Assembly: GCA_002269645.1 (NCBI GenBank)
Contig: NIVC01001671.1
Coordinates: 124,001-188,000, forward strand
DNA length: 64,000 nucleotides
Origin: Macrostomum lignano
Lineage: Eukaryota
Direction of reading: 5' to 3'
The translations under genes were made by a program, and so were the position numbers. Below are positions 1-11,910 of the stretch, piece by piece. Every line of letters starts with the position of its first letter. Positions within the stretch are counted from its first letter, which is position 1. The notes beneath the pieces were generated by a model that saw nothing but the letters and a program-made list of their open reading frames with translations, was not told the origin of the DNA and ran no database searches.

Positions 1-411
1 ATGGTCACGGCTGCTTCTCCAGGCACCAGTACCTGCAGGGCAACGCCACCAACGCCACCTGTAGTTTCTGCAACTCAGGTGACGAAACCGCTGAGCATTT
101 CGTCAGCATCTGTCCCGCCTTCACGCGGGCCAGACTCACTTACCTCGGGCCACACACATCTATTACTGAAGCGTGCAAACCCGAAAACTTTAATCAGCTC
201 ATGCGCTACCTTCGGGCCACCCGCAGGGCTGAACTCTCCTTTCCAGAGAGCACCATAGCTGCTGGCGACACTGGGGGACCTCCCTGGGCGGCGCCAACCC
301 TCCGTCCATAGCGACGCGTCGGCCGTTCAGGGACTAGCGGAATGGGCGCCCGCGCCTTCCCGCTGTGTCCCCTCCGGGACAGCCCTGCAGCTAAGTCAAG
401 TAAGTCAAAGT
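1..411 (+). mobile_element. 3' end of a non-LTR retrotransposon (I/R1/LOA-group LINE): ORF2 C-terminal CCHC zinc finger, 3' UTR and short tandem tail
   Basis: Frame 3 (3..311, not in the ORF track) reads GHGCFSRHQYLQGNATNATCSFCNSGDETAEHFVSICPAFTRARLTYLG...*, the GH..F..H / C-x2-C..ET.EH...CP motif that ends LINE ORF2. It is followed by about 80 nt of UTR and a TAAGTCAAG-TAAGTCAAAG tail. Confidence 0.8.
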
Positions 412-965
412 GGGGATGGAAATGTGGGGATGGAAATGTGGGGATGGAAATGTGGGGATGGAAATGTGAGGATGGGACATGTGGGGATGGAAATGTGGGG
501 ATGGAAATGTGAGGATGGGACATGTGGGGATGGAAATGAGGGGATGGGACATGTGGGGATGGAAATGAGGGGATGGGAAATGTGAGGATGGGACATGTGG
601 GGATGGAAATGAGGGGATGGGACATGTGGGGATGGAAATGAGGGGATGGGAAATGTGAGGATGGAAATGTGGGCATGAAAATGTGGGGATGGAAATGTGG
701 GGATGGAAATGTGGGGATGGGAAATGTGGGGATGGGAAATGTGGGGATGGAAATGTGGGGATGGGAAATGTGGGGATGGAAATGTGGGGATGGGAAATGT
801 GGGGATGGGAAATGTGGGGATGGGAAATGTGGGGATGGGAAATGTGGGGATGTGAAATGTGGGGATGCGAAATGTGGGGATGGGAAATGTGGGGATGGGA
901 AATGTGGGGATTGGGAAATGTGGGGATGCGAAATGTGGGGATGGGAAATGTGGGCAATGGGAAAT
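412..965. repeat. G-rich minisatellite, 14-15 nt unit GGGGATGG(G)AAATGT, intronic to the APC-like gene
   Basis: Directly visible tandem array; it generates the PHFPS/HISHP/PTFPI ORFs. Confidence 0.95.
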
Positions 966-1047
966 GTGGACAATGGGCAATGTGAGGATGGTAAATGCGG
1001 TCCAGTAAGCCAGACGAACTGCACACCAAGGACTCACCCGGGATGCC

Positions 1048-2964
1048 AGTGGGTGCGGCAGTCGCACTGTGCGGCACCGCAAGGCCGGAAGTCGGCTGTC
1101 CCAGTTTCGTCTGTTGAAGTCGACTGGAATTCGACGCTGGAATCGGCAGATGTCTTGAAGCTGGCGACGGCTGTAGCGATTGAGACGGCGGCGACTGAGG
1201 TGACAAACTCGCGCTGATAGTTGAAGACACTTCATCAGCGTATCCGGAGTCCTTTGACAGAGAGGACAGTCGGAAGTGCTGCTGCTGTTGCTGCTGCTGC
1301 TGCTGCGGCTGCTTCTTCCGCTGCTGCTGCATCTGGTGCTGCTGCGTCTGGTGCTGCTGCGTCTGGTGCTGTTGCGTCTGGTGCTGCTGCGACTGGTGCT
1401 TCTGCGTCTGGTGCTGCTGCGGCTGGTGCTGTTGCGTCTGGTGCTGCTGCGACTGGTGCTTCTGCGGCTGGTGCTGCTGCGGCTGGTGCTGCTGCGGCTG
1501 GTGCTGGTGCTGCTCATGCTTCTGGTGTTGTTGCTGTTGCGCCTGCGGCGGCTGCTGCTTAGCCTTTGGCATCGGGGCAACGATTCCAAGAGGACGAGAC
1601 GCTGCAGCCACTGATCGAGTCGCCGACGGACGACTCAACAGAGAAGGAAGCAGCGACATTGGTTGCGGTGGAGGCTGCTGCAGATGGTCGCCAGCCTCTT
1701 TGGCGTCCTCGCCGACAAGCGGGTCCGAGTCCTCCTCAACCAGAGGCGACAATTCGCGGTCCGATGCAATCGACGACGATGGGCGCAGCAACATTGACGG
1801 AGTCGACGGCGACAGAGGCGCCGATGTGACGGAGGCTGCAGCTGCCTTCGCTCCTGACGAGGCCAGCAGGTTGCTCAGAGCCGTCCGGCAGTCCCCCCGT
1901 ACGCTGCGGTGCCGGCACAGGCGCTGAAGCCACCGGAGGCCGGGCTCGGCGCCCAGAGACAGCAGCAAACGTCGTTCGCGAGGCCGACCAGCGCCGCTGA
2001 TGCAGGCTATGAGCCGGCACGCATTGGCAGCCATGGTGAGGGTCGTAGAGCTCGCCGAGTTCGCCGAGCCGATGTCCAGCATCTTCACCAGCAGCGGCAG
2101 CGCCGGCAGAACTGATGGAGCCAGCTGGTCCCACTGACGCAACAGCGCCGGCGTCAGGTTGCGCAGGACGCCGCCGCTCGACTCCACAACATCGACGTCG
2201 GGTGAAGCGAGGCACTCGAACAGGCAGCGAACTCCATCAGGCACGTTGCAGACAGCCAGGAGTTCGGCAGGCGAGCAGCGATGATCGTCTTCCTCGCCGG
2301 AGCTGTCCGTCAGATTCCAGAGTGCAGCCAGCGGGCAGCGAAGGCGGCTGGCCGATGTCGCTTCTAGAGCTGCCAGTCTCTGGACGAAGCGCATCAGCGA
2401 GACGGCCGCGCCTGCGAGGCGGAGTCTGCGCCGGCAGTCGGGCCGCGGCTGCCAGCCGAGGTTGCGCAGCAGGGCGGCGGCAGCGAGGCCGACTGAGAAG
2501 TCAGTTTGATGAAGCTGAGCAGCCGCTGCTGAGGTCAGAGCGCCGTCGGCGTGAAGAGTCACGAGCTGCTTGGCTGTGGAGTCGCCGCAGGTGAGATTGG
2601 CGAGAGCGCAGAACAGGCGACCTGCTGCCTCCTGCAGTGCGGCGTCTTGGCGAGCCAACGGCAGTAGAACCTGGAGCAGGCAGTCGCAGAGACGCGACAA
2701 GAAGCTGCCGTGGGAGTTGCAGTTTGAGCTGAGCAGCAGCGACCTGCGAGCTGCAGCAGAGTAGGTGGCTTGCAGCAGCGCCCAAGACACCGCGGCAGTT
2801 GATTCGGTGGACGTTGAAGCCAAAGACTGTTCGAGTCTGCCAATGAGAATGCTGACTGATGCTGACTCAGAGGCTGGAGGTAGGAGAAGAGAGTTCGGCC
2901 TTCTGGCCGCTCTGTGGCGAGTGACGTCACGATGATGAGCAGCTGCCGAGAGTTCGGAGTTCAT
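1048..2964 (-). CDS. apc: Adenomatous polyposis coli (APC)-like armadillo-repeat protein, first coding exon; the gene continues beyond the left edge of the window
   Basis: ARM motifs ALANLTCGD, AALLRNLGW, LAALWNLT, DGVRCLFECL and VVESSGGVLRNLT parallel the APC motifs ALTNLTFGD, ASVLRNLSW, LSALWNLS and ESGGGILRNVS. A GG|GTGAGT donor at 1048/1047 lies just before the ORF runs into the minisatellite. Confidence 0.8.
1275..1560 (-). repeat. Coding polyQ / QQHQ[TP] pentapeptide repeat inside the APC-like exon
   Basis: 15-nt unit CAGCAGCACCAGACG(C) plus CAG runs, in frame within the 391..2964 ORF. Confidence 0.85.
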
Positions 2965-3088
2965 GCCGACTGACCACGGTCGATGGTTGCAGATTTCTAA
3001 AATTGTTTAAGGGTCAGAAATGCCTCAATTTAGGGGCAGAAGGGGTGGTGTACCCAAGAATCTTGGGAGGCCATAGCCTAGTGTTCTG

Positions 3089-3367
3089 ATGTGCCAGCGG
3101 TCCAGGCTCGATTCCTAAAATGTTCTCGGCTTAGCTCTGGTCGTGCAATTAATGCAGTTGAGGGGCGCAGTGAAGTGTACATGCCTAACGATAATTAAAA
3201 GTTAGGGCCGCTGTATACTCCTGTGTGAGTGTGAGCCTGTGCGTATGGCTGCGTACGTACCCGCGCGCTTGTGTGCCTGCTCAGGGGAGTCGGCGGAATG
3301 GGCAATAATGTCACCCTTCAGTTGTGTGACAATGTCGCTTAAAGTGCGCCAGGGTGCACACAACCCC
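3089..3367 (+). mobile_element. Dispersed ~300-bp SINE-like repeat, copy A
   Basis: B-box-like GGCTCGATTCC at 3105-3115 and a 3' stem-loop GTGCGC-CAGG-GTGCAC. Homologous to 27611-27922 and 47235-47395 in reverse orientation. Confidence 0.7.
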
Positions 3368-3394
3368 ATGCCTTTAATAAAATAGTTTCAGAGT

Positions 3395-4425
3395 CAGAAG
3401 GGGTGGTGGGCCACAAAATCAGAAAGGGTGGTGAGGCATAGAGCTGGAAGGGGTGGTGGGCCATAGAGCCGGAAGGGGTGGTGGGCCATAGAGCCAGAAG
3501 GGGTGGTGGGCCATAGAGCCGGAAGGGGTGGTGGGCCATAGAGCCAAAAGGGGTGGTGAGCCACAGAGCCAGAAGGGGTGGTGGGCCATAAAGCCAGAAG
3601 GGTTGGTGGGCCACAGAGCCAGAAGGGGTGGTGGGCCATAGAGCCAGAAGGGGTGGTGGGCCATAGAGCCAAAAGGGGTAGTGAGCCACAGAGTCGGAAG
3701 GGGTGGTGGGCCATAGAGCCAGAAGGGGTGGTGGGCCATAGAGCCAGAAGGGGTGGTGGGCCATAGAGCCAGAAGGGGTGGTGGGCCATAGAGCCAAAAG
3801 GGGTAGTGAGCCACAGAGTCGGAAGGGGTGGTGGGCCATAGAGCCAGAAGGGGTGGTGGGCCATAGAGCCAGAAGGGGTGGTGGGCCATAGAGCCAGAAG
3901 GGGTGGTGGGCCATAGAGCCAAAAGGGGTAGTGAGCCACAGAGTCGGAAGGGGTGGTGGGCCATAGAGCCAGAAGGGGTGGTGGGCCATAGAGCCGGAAG
4001 AGGTGGTGGGCCATAGAGCCAAAAGGGGTAGTGAGCCATAGAGTCGGAAGGGGTGGTGAGCCACAGAGCCAGAAGGGGTGGTGGGCCATAGAGTCAGAAG
4101 GGGTAGTGGGCCATAGAGCCAGAAGGGGTGGTGAGCCATAGAGTCGGAAGGGGTGGTGAGCCACAGAGCCAGAAGGGGTGGTGGGCCATAGAGCCAGAAG
4201 GGGTGGTGGGCCATAGAGCCAAAAGGGGTAGTGAGCCACAGAGTCGGAAGGGGTAGTGGGCCATAGAGCCAGGGGTGGTGGGCCATAGAGTTGGAAGGGT
4301 GGTGGCCCATAGAGCCAGAAGGGGGGTGGGCCATAGAGTCGGAAGGGTGGTGGGCCATAGAGCCGGAAGGGGTGGTGGGCTATAGAGTCGGAAGGGGTGG
4401 TGGGCCATAGCGCCAGAAGGGGTGC
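3395..4425. repeat. 25-nt minisatellite GCCATAGAGCCAGAAGGGGTGGTGG
   Basis: Directly visible tandem array; the 25-aa periodicity in the minus-strand ORFs equals 3 units. Confidence 0.95.
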
Positions 4426-5029
4426 ATGAATTAAATAAAAAAATGAATATTGGATTTTTGGCAAGCTGATGAGAACCAAGGCTCCTTATGAGTACACTCC
4501 CAGATCTTTACGCAATAAGCAGTTGAGTGAGCCTAGTTGAGTGAACATGCAAGTAAGCGACGAACTGAATTCAATGAATTAGGGCAGTTAAAAAATTCTC
4601 GATGCAAAAATGCGAAAAAAGACTTATAGAAACGAAAACTTTCATTGGCAAGTGCAAATGCGCAGCAGTCGCCCTGCGAGAGGCGATTCTTGCCGATTTT
4701 TTTCCTTTTTTTAAAGAATTCCCCTCCAGCCAAAGAAATTTCGCGATGCGAGTTTAATGAATGACAAAGTTAGCAAAGAGATACTTTCAATGAAAGTGAA
4801 ACGGGGGGCATGTGCGTCGTTTCGGTTGCTAAGGAAATGCCCGCATAACAGTTAGTTTTTATAGCTTTGACATTTGAAAATTATTTATTTTTTTCAATGT
4901 AGGAATTTATGCAAAGGTATTGATGCTTTGGAAGTTCGGTCTGGTGCAACGCTCGCGATTACTCAAGGTGTACACAGCAGCCCCGAATTTTAGGTTAACT
5001 CAAAATTATCAATAATTTTAAACTACGAG

Positions 5030-6085
5030 ATGTCTCCCTAAGAATCACCCTACTATCTCCCTAAGAATCATTCTACAACCTCCCTGAGAATCACCCTACA
5101 ACCTCCCTAAGAATCACCCTAAAATCTCCCTGAGAATCGCCCTACAATCTCCTTGAGAATCGCCCTACAATCTCCTTGAGAATCGCCCTACAATCTCCAT
5201 GAGAATCGCCCTAAAATCTCCCTGAGAATCGCCCTACAATCTCCCTGAGAATCGCCCTACATCTCCATGAGAATCGCCCTTAAATCTTCATGAGAATCGC
5301 CCTGCAATCTCCCTGAGAATCGCCCTACAATCTCCATGAGAATCGTCCTAAAATCTCCATGAGAATCGCCCTACAATCTTCATGAGAATCGCCCTAAAAT
5401 CTCCCTGAGAATCGCCCAAAAATCTCCCTGAGAATCGCCCTACATCTCCATGAGAATCGTCCTAAAATCTCCTTGAGAATCGCCCTAAAATCTCCCTGAG
5501 AATCGCCCTACATCTCCATGAGAATCGCCCAAAAATCTCCATGAGAATCGCCCTACAATCTCCATGAGAATCGCCCTACAATCTCCCTGAGAATCGCCGT
5601 ACAATCTCCATGAGAATCGCCCTACAATCTCAATGAGAATCGCCCTACAATTTCCCTGAGAATCGCCCTAAAATCTCATTGAGAATCGCCGTACAATCTC
5701 CCTGAGAATCGCCGTACAATCTCCCTGAGAATCGCCGTACAATCTCCTTGAGAATCGCCCTACAATCTCCCTGAGAATCGCCGTACAATCTCCTTGAGAA
5801 TCGCCCTACAATCTCCCTGAGAATCGCCGTACAATCTCCATGAGAATCGCCCTACAATCTCAATGAGAATCGCCCTACAATTTCCCTGAGAATCGCCCTA
5901 AAATCTCATTGAGAATCGCCGTACAATCTCCCTGAGAATCGCCGTACAATCTCCCTGAGAATCGCCGTACAATCTCCTTGAGAATCGCCCTACAATCTCC
6001 CTGAGAATCGCCGTACAATCTCCTTGAGAATCGCCCTACAATCTCCCTGAGAATCGCCCTACAATCTCCCTGAGAATCGCCCTGA
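5030..6085. repeat. 23-nt minisatellite GAGAATCGCCCTACAATCTCCCT
   Basis: Directly visible tandem array. Confidence 0.95.
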
Positions 6086-6266
6086 GAAAGACAAACCAAC
6101 CTGTTAGCTATCTAATATGATTTTATCGACAAATCAAACTACCATATGGCAATCAGACGAGGTCACCACAGAGGTCAGTGAAGCTAAATAATTACACTGA
6201 TAGCAGAACTACACAGGAACCCCGCAGCACCTATGCCACTGGGTTCCCTAAACGGAAAGGTTGTAG

Positions 6267-6495
6267 ATATACTTGAAGCATAATCTATATCGAGGCATTC
6301 AAGGTGCCGGGTTCTATAGCAGTGACTCATCGTTAAAAATCATTTGGAATGTTCTGCATCAATACATCTATCTGTCTCGACCAGATTCCTATAACCTCGA
6401 ACCACCCCCTGCCCTCGAGGCAGCCGCGAAAAAATATCCGCATGCTACGCTCATATCGCCTGACTGGCTTTTTTGAAAGTAGGCAAAGCCACCAC
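6267..6495 (+). other. Possible BRCT-domain exon or pseudo-exon
   Basis: Translation KHNLYRGIQGAG...HQYIYL...AAAKKYPHATLISPDWLF ends like a BRCT repeat (hh.P.Wh). The stop falls in a T6 run; T5 would give WLFES. Motif recognition by eye only. Confidence 0.35.
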
Positions 6496-6659
6496 TAGCC
6501 GCAGTAAGATGTAAAGAAATGAAAAATATGGTTGTCTATAACTGATCACATGCAGTTCACCCTGCAATTAATATATCGGGGTTCGAAAATATGCAGCTTC
6601 AAGTCCTGCTGCCTTTGGTGTTTAGTCTGTAAATATTGGAGTAACATTTGAATTTTACA

Positions 6660-7860
6660 GAACTCTGTAAAATAGACTGTAGGCTATGAATGACAGCCTT
6701 CTGTAAAATAGTCTGTAGCTTATACATGACAGCATTCTGTAAAATATACTGTATTTTATACATGACAGCATTCTGTAAAATAGACTGTATTTTATACATG
6801 ACAGCATTCTGTAAAATAGACTGTATTTTATACATGACAGCATTCTGTAAAATAGTCTGTAGCTTATGCATGACAGCATTCTGTAAAATAGTCTGTAGCT
6901 TATGCATGACAGCATTCTGTAAAATAGACTGTATTTTATACATGACAGCATTCTGTAAAATAGTCTGTATTTTATGCATGACAGCATTCTGTAAGACTGT
7001 AGCTTATACATGACAGCATTCTGTAAAATAGTCTGTAGCTTATGCATGACAGCATTCTGTAAAATAGACTGTATTTTATGCATGACAGCATTATGTAAAA
7101 TAGTCTGTAGCTTATACATGACAGCATTCTGTAAAATATACTGTATTTTATGCATGACAGCATTCTGTAAAATATACTGTATTTTATGCATGACAGCATT
7201 CTGTAAAATATACTGTAGTTTATGCATGACAGCATTCTGTAAAATAGACTGCAATTAATGAATGACAGCATTCTGTAAAATATGCTGTAGCTTATGCATG
7301 ACAGCATTCTGTAAAATATACTGTAGTTTATGCATGACAGCATTCTGTAAAATATACTGCAGTTAATGCATGACAGCATTCTGTAAAATATGCTGTAGCT
7401 TATGCATGACAGCATTCTGTAAAATATACTGTAGCTTATGCATGACAGCATTCTGTAAAATATACTGTAGCTTATGCATGACAGCATTCTGTAAAATATA
7501 CTGTAGCTTATGCATGACAGCATTCTGTAAAATATTCTGTAGCTTATGCATGACAGCATTCTGTAAAATATACTGTAGCTTATGCATGACAGCATTCTGT
7601 AAAATATACTGTAGCTTATGCATGACAGCATTCTGTAAAATATACTGTAGTTTATGCATGACAGCATTCTGTAAAATATTCTGTAGCTTATGCATGACAG
7701 CATTCTGTAAAATATACTGTAGCTTATGCATGACAGCATTCTGTAAAATATACTGTAGCTTATGCATGACAGCATTCTGTAAAATATACTGCAGTTAATG
7801 CATGACAGCATTCTGTAAAATATACTGTAGCTTATGCATGACAGCATTCTGTAAAACTGT
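6660..7860. repeat. 36-nt minisatellite TTATGCATGACAGCATTCTGTAAAATATACTGTAGC
   Basis: Directly visible tandem array with 12-aa periodicity in the ORFs. Confidence 0.95.
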
Positions 7861-8384
7861 AGCTTAATGTAAGACGCGTAAGAGGTGCGTTTAACAATTG
7901 TATAGCTCTTGTGAAAAAACTAAAATTTTGACTCACCTTATAAGCACAGTTTGTTCACAAGATGACAGTGTATGTACATGTAAATGTCTCATAACAGGTG
8001 CTTTAGTACATGTAAATCATTGACTGTTTAGTAGAATTCTATTAGTTTTTAAGTCGCTGCGGTAACTGCTGTGTCGGAATATATAAAAGGCAATAATTTC
8101 AGAGTCCACGCTGCTATGAACGAGCGCCATTGGCTGTCTCGGTGCCTGCAGTGCCAGATTAAGGCAAAACCATGAAGGCCGCAACCAATACTGACAGTCG
8201 GAACGGAAGGGACAAGAATCGAGAGACATGCACTGCATAGATCCGCATACATTTGATTAATTAGTAAACCATTGGATATCTAGAAAAACAGCCGAGCCTT
8301 CAAAACTGTTTTCTAAGAAATGAAATTATCGTCTCAATATCTAGGATGCGCTTCGGTATTGTGACTTGCGATTGGTTTTGCTGT

Positions 8385-9165
8385 TTTAGGCTGGCATTTT
8401 ATCTGAGAGACTGGCATTTCATCTAAAGACTGGCATTTCATTTGAGAGACTGGCATTTCATTTGAGAGACTGGCATTTCATTTGAGAGACTGGCACTTCA
8501 TTTGAGAGACTGGCATTTCATTTGAGAGACTGGCATTTCATTTGAGAGACTGACATTTCATTTGAGAGACTGGCATTTCATTTGAGAGACTGGCATTTCA
8601 TCTGAGAGACTGGCATTTCATTTGAGAGACTGGCATTTCATTTGAGAGACTGGCATTTCATTTAAGAGACTGGCATTTCATCTGAGAGACTGGCATTTCA
8701 TCTGAGAGACTGGCATTTCATTTGAGAGACTGGCATTGCATTTGAAAGACTGGCATTTCATTTGAGAGACTGGCATTTCATTTGAGAGATGTAATTTCAT
8801 TTGAGAGACTGGAATTTCATCTGAGAGACTGGCATTTCATCTAAGAGACTGGCATTTCATCTAAGAGACTGGCATTTCATCTGAGAGACTGGCATTTCAT
8901 TTGAGAGACTGGAATTTCATCTGAGAGACTGGCATTTCATCTGAGAGACTGGCATTTCATCTGAGAGACTGGCATTTCATCTAAGAGACTCGCATTTCAT
9001 CTAAGAGACTGGCATTTCATCTGAGAGACTGGCATTTCATTTGAGAGACTGGAATTTCATCTGAGAGACTGGCATTTCATCTGAGAGACTGGCATTTCAT
9101 CTGAGAGACAGGCATTTCACCTGAGAGACTGGCATTTCATCTGAGAGACTGGTATTTCATTTGAA
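8385..9165. repeat. 20-nt minisatellite GAGAGACTGGCATTTCATTT
   Basis: Directly visible tandem array. Confidence 0.95.
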
Positions 9166-10116
9166 AGACCTAAGACCTAAGTATACAGTTACATCGGTAA
9201 GGAAGGACTTTTCCAGAAACTTCATGGGGTAATTTATGTAGGAAAAATGCATCATATAAGCATCAGGTATCTACGGCTGTTACACATACATCAGATGGTC
9301 AAAGCAATGAATTGCTGCTACAACAGCTGTTCTAGACTGGCTGTACTGGCCACAGAGGAACAAAATGTGCAACTAATGGACCTTTCTATTTTCTTGAAGT
9401 CCCTCCCATATTCGTTTTCCAGTTGGCGTGTAGCATGTGTTTTATACGCGCGTGCAACATGTGTACATGACTCATTGTCAAAAGGGTGCATGCATTCGAG
9501 GAAAAATCGAGGGCAGAGGGCAGAAAAAAGCTGTTAAAAGTTGCAGCACAGTGAAGCAAGCAACTAACTTGGATTTTCTTGTTTTACAACATTTTACAGC
9601 CTCAGTCAAAGATATGCAGCGAAGTGAAGCCACTATTGAATATTGGAAAAAAGCGAAGCAATAAAAAACAATACTTATTTGCGTAGTTTTTTGGTAAAAA
9701 AAGAAACTACAAACTAAATATTGTTGTTAGATAAGAGTTTATTTATTCCCGAATGAAGTTACACACATGAATTTAGTAGCATTTTTAAGCAAGCGCGTTT
9801 TGGTTACGTATTGAATACTTCGAGTACAAGAAAATTCCAATAATCAATCAGAGTTTCATAATAAAGTTGATTTGAAAAAAACAATAAGCGATAAAGTAAA
9901 AATGTTTTATATAGACTACTCACGTTGTAAAAATTGAGTAGTTAGGTAAGTAGCGAATGTCAAGCTACAATATTTTTAGTATCTCCTTACCTAAGACTTT
10001 TCTACTTACAAAACAAATTTAGGCGTTAAAACTCTCTACTCGCCTACTAAAATAGTAGACTATAGAGAACATACGAGCGTACTTCTATTCCTATAGCGAT
10101 TCTTTAATTTCAGCTG

Positions 10117-10584
10117 TTAATTTAGGAAGCGTCGACCAATCCAGACGGCCAATCCGATGCAAGAAGCCGTTGCCAGGGCGTCGCTAACGTATGTGATCGC
10201 GGTCATAATGTTCAAAGCTCTTTCAACCTGTTTGCGATCATTCAGCCTTGGAAACGGCTTATCTGGCACTGGCAAGTTGAGAAACTGGCACAGAGGTGCC
10301 CAACCGTCGGATACGCGAAATTCGAGCAGCCGTTCCGATGGAACAACTCGACGAATCGAGTCGTTTCTCTCCTCAAATCGACGCGCCATGAATTCGGAAT
10401 CGGCTAAGTTATAATTGTCGCCGAATTCGCGACGAAACACGGCGTCAATCATTTTGTCAGCCTGTCCAATGCCTAGCAACCATTTCAAAGGACGGGGAAA
10501 TCTCTCCATAGTGTGCATAGCTTTCAGAATACTGCTCTGCATGCTTTCTACCCAGCTGCTTGTGTCGCGAACGCTCAGAATCAC
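10117..10584 (-). CDS. Sulfotransferase exon 3 (to stop), with a hydrophobic C-terminal tail
   Basis: CAG|GTG ATT CTG: VILSVRD..SW.ES...VPSERLLEFRVSDGWAPLCQFLNLPVPDKPFPRLND. The joined CDS is 759 nt (252 aa plus stop), in frame. Confidence 0.9.
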   Translation of the reverse strand: MILSVRDTSSWVESMQSSILKAMHTMERFPRPLKWLLGIGQADKMIDAVFRREFGDNYNLADSEFMARRFEERNDSIRRVVPSERLLEFRVSDGWAPLCQFLNLPVPDKPFPRLNDRKQVERALNIMTAITYVSDALATASCIGLAVWIGRRFLN

Positions 10585-10784
10585 CTGCGAGTCGGTTGGG
10601 TTTAAGAGTGAGCACTTTTTTTTGAAACACGAACGAATAGGGGATAAATTCAGTTGGGAAATTTTCTCTCAAAAATGTTCGATAAGGTGAAATCTGACAC
10701 TTGTGACCGTCAGTTAATAATGTAATCCTTTTGTTGGGTTGATTTTAAAAAATGAACAACTTTGGTATCAGTGACTGGTGGTAC

Positions 10785-11345
10785 AAGTGAAAAACACACT
10801 ACGGAGATAGGAAGTCTCATTTTTAGCAAAATAAATTGTTACTGCTTTCAATAGGAGACAGACCCAGTGTTCATCTTTTGATATGTTGTGCCTTTCTTAT
10901 AGCTCTATTGATATTTATAAAGCTTTTCGTTTAGAACATTAGGACTCTATGCTAATTTTTATGTACAATTGCACATGTCCTGTCTAAGAACCATAAAAAT
11001 GACATGGCTCAGCTCATTGGTTTTATGAGTCTATTTTATTATTATTAGCTGACTGTATAACAATGTGTAACAGAGATGATAAAATAGATTCATAAAATCA
11101 AAGAGTCGAGCTGTAGTATGCATTTTTATGATTTTAGGTACAGGAAATGTATGTAGAATAAAAGTTTACATAAATTATAATTTTCTAAATGAAAAGCTTT
11201 ATGAATATCAATAGAGCTGTAAGAAAGGCACAACATACCGAAATATGAACATTGGGTTTGTCTTCTTTCAAAAGCAATCACAATTTTGTGCAGAAAAAAT
11301 GAATACTTGCAAGCTATCTTCGTAGTGTATTTTTTGTTGAAAACC
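10785..11345. mobile_element. Degenerate foldback/MITE in sulfotransferase intron 2 (~140-bp inverted arms)
   Basis: 10860-10928 (GACCCAGTGTTCATCTTTTGATATGTTGTGCCTTTCTTATAGCTCTATTGATATTTATAAAGCTTTTC) is the near reverse complement of 11191-11262; similarity extends outward. Confidence 0.7.
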
Positions 11346-11530
11346 AACCTTATAAACATTTTCTAAGAAAGGGTAGTTTCTTTATCTACTTGAGTGACCA
11401 TCACACTTTTATACAGTTTAAAAAACGAAATAATTTTTTAGATATCTTTGATTATAATTATATTTAAAATTTTGTACTTAATTGCTTGTGATAATGCCTA
11501 AAAAAATTTCTGGGTTTTTTTATGACCAAC

Positions 11531-11678
11531 CTTGGCATTTGGATAGTGCTGCATCAGTTCTTTGTAGAAGCTGGCGGTAGGGTAGTCAACGCAGGCCGCA
11601 TAATTGCCAAGAATTTCATCTGCCAATGATTTGCTCAATCCAGATTCCACTGCTTGAATCCACATTGGAATGTGGCGT
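11531..11678 (-). CDS. Sulfotransferase exon 2
   Basis: TAG| acceptor; RHIPMWIQAVESGLSKSLADEILGNYAACVDYPTASFYKELMQHYPNAK carries the family motif D.P...FYKEL...YP.AK; donor AAG|GTTGGT, phase 0. Confidence 0.9.
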
Positions 11679-11767
11679 CTAGTTAATGGACAAGTGTTAG
11701 ATTAGATTTGTAATTAGATTTGTGGCTACAAGCATAGTTGATTCAATCACTAGAGATCATTACCTAC

Positions 11768-11910
11768 CTAGAATTGTGAGGACCCAAAGCTTCACCCATA
11801 TGGTAGCATGGCTGGCCAAGAAGGAGTTCAAGGGCCACCTTCTGCGAGACAGTGCCAGTTCGTGGTGCCCCGGCACCAATAACAACTAAGCTGTGAGTTT
11901 TCTGAGGCAT
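11768..11910 (-). CDS. Sulfotransferase (Sulfotransfer_4 family), exon 1
   Basis: ATG at 11910; MPQKTHSLVVIGAGAPRTGTVSQKVALELLLGQPCYHM contains the PAPS-binding GAG.PRTGT.S and CYHM motifs; donor AG|GTAGGT, phase 2. Confidence 0.9.

Noticed and set aside
391-1047. The HISHP/PTFPI tail of the 857-aa ORF as part of APC
   Set aside because: It follows a GTGAGT donor and is simply the translated minisatellite.
3070-3120. tRNA gene
   Set aside because: Only a B-box-like motif is present, with no full cloverleaf; it is part of a dispersed repeat.
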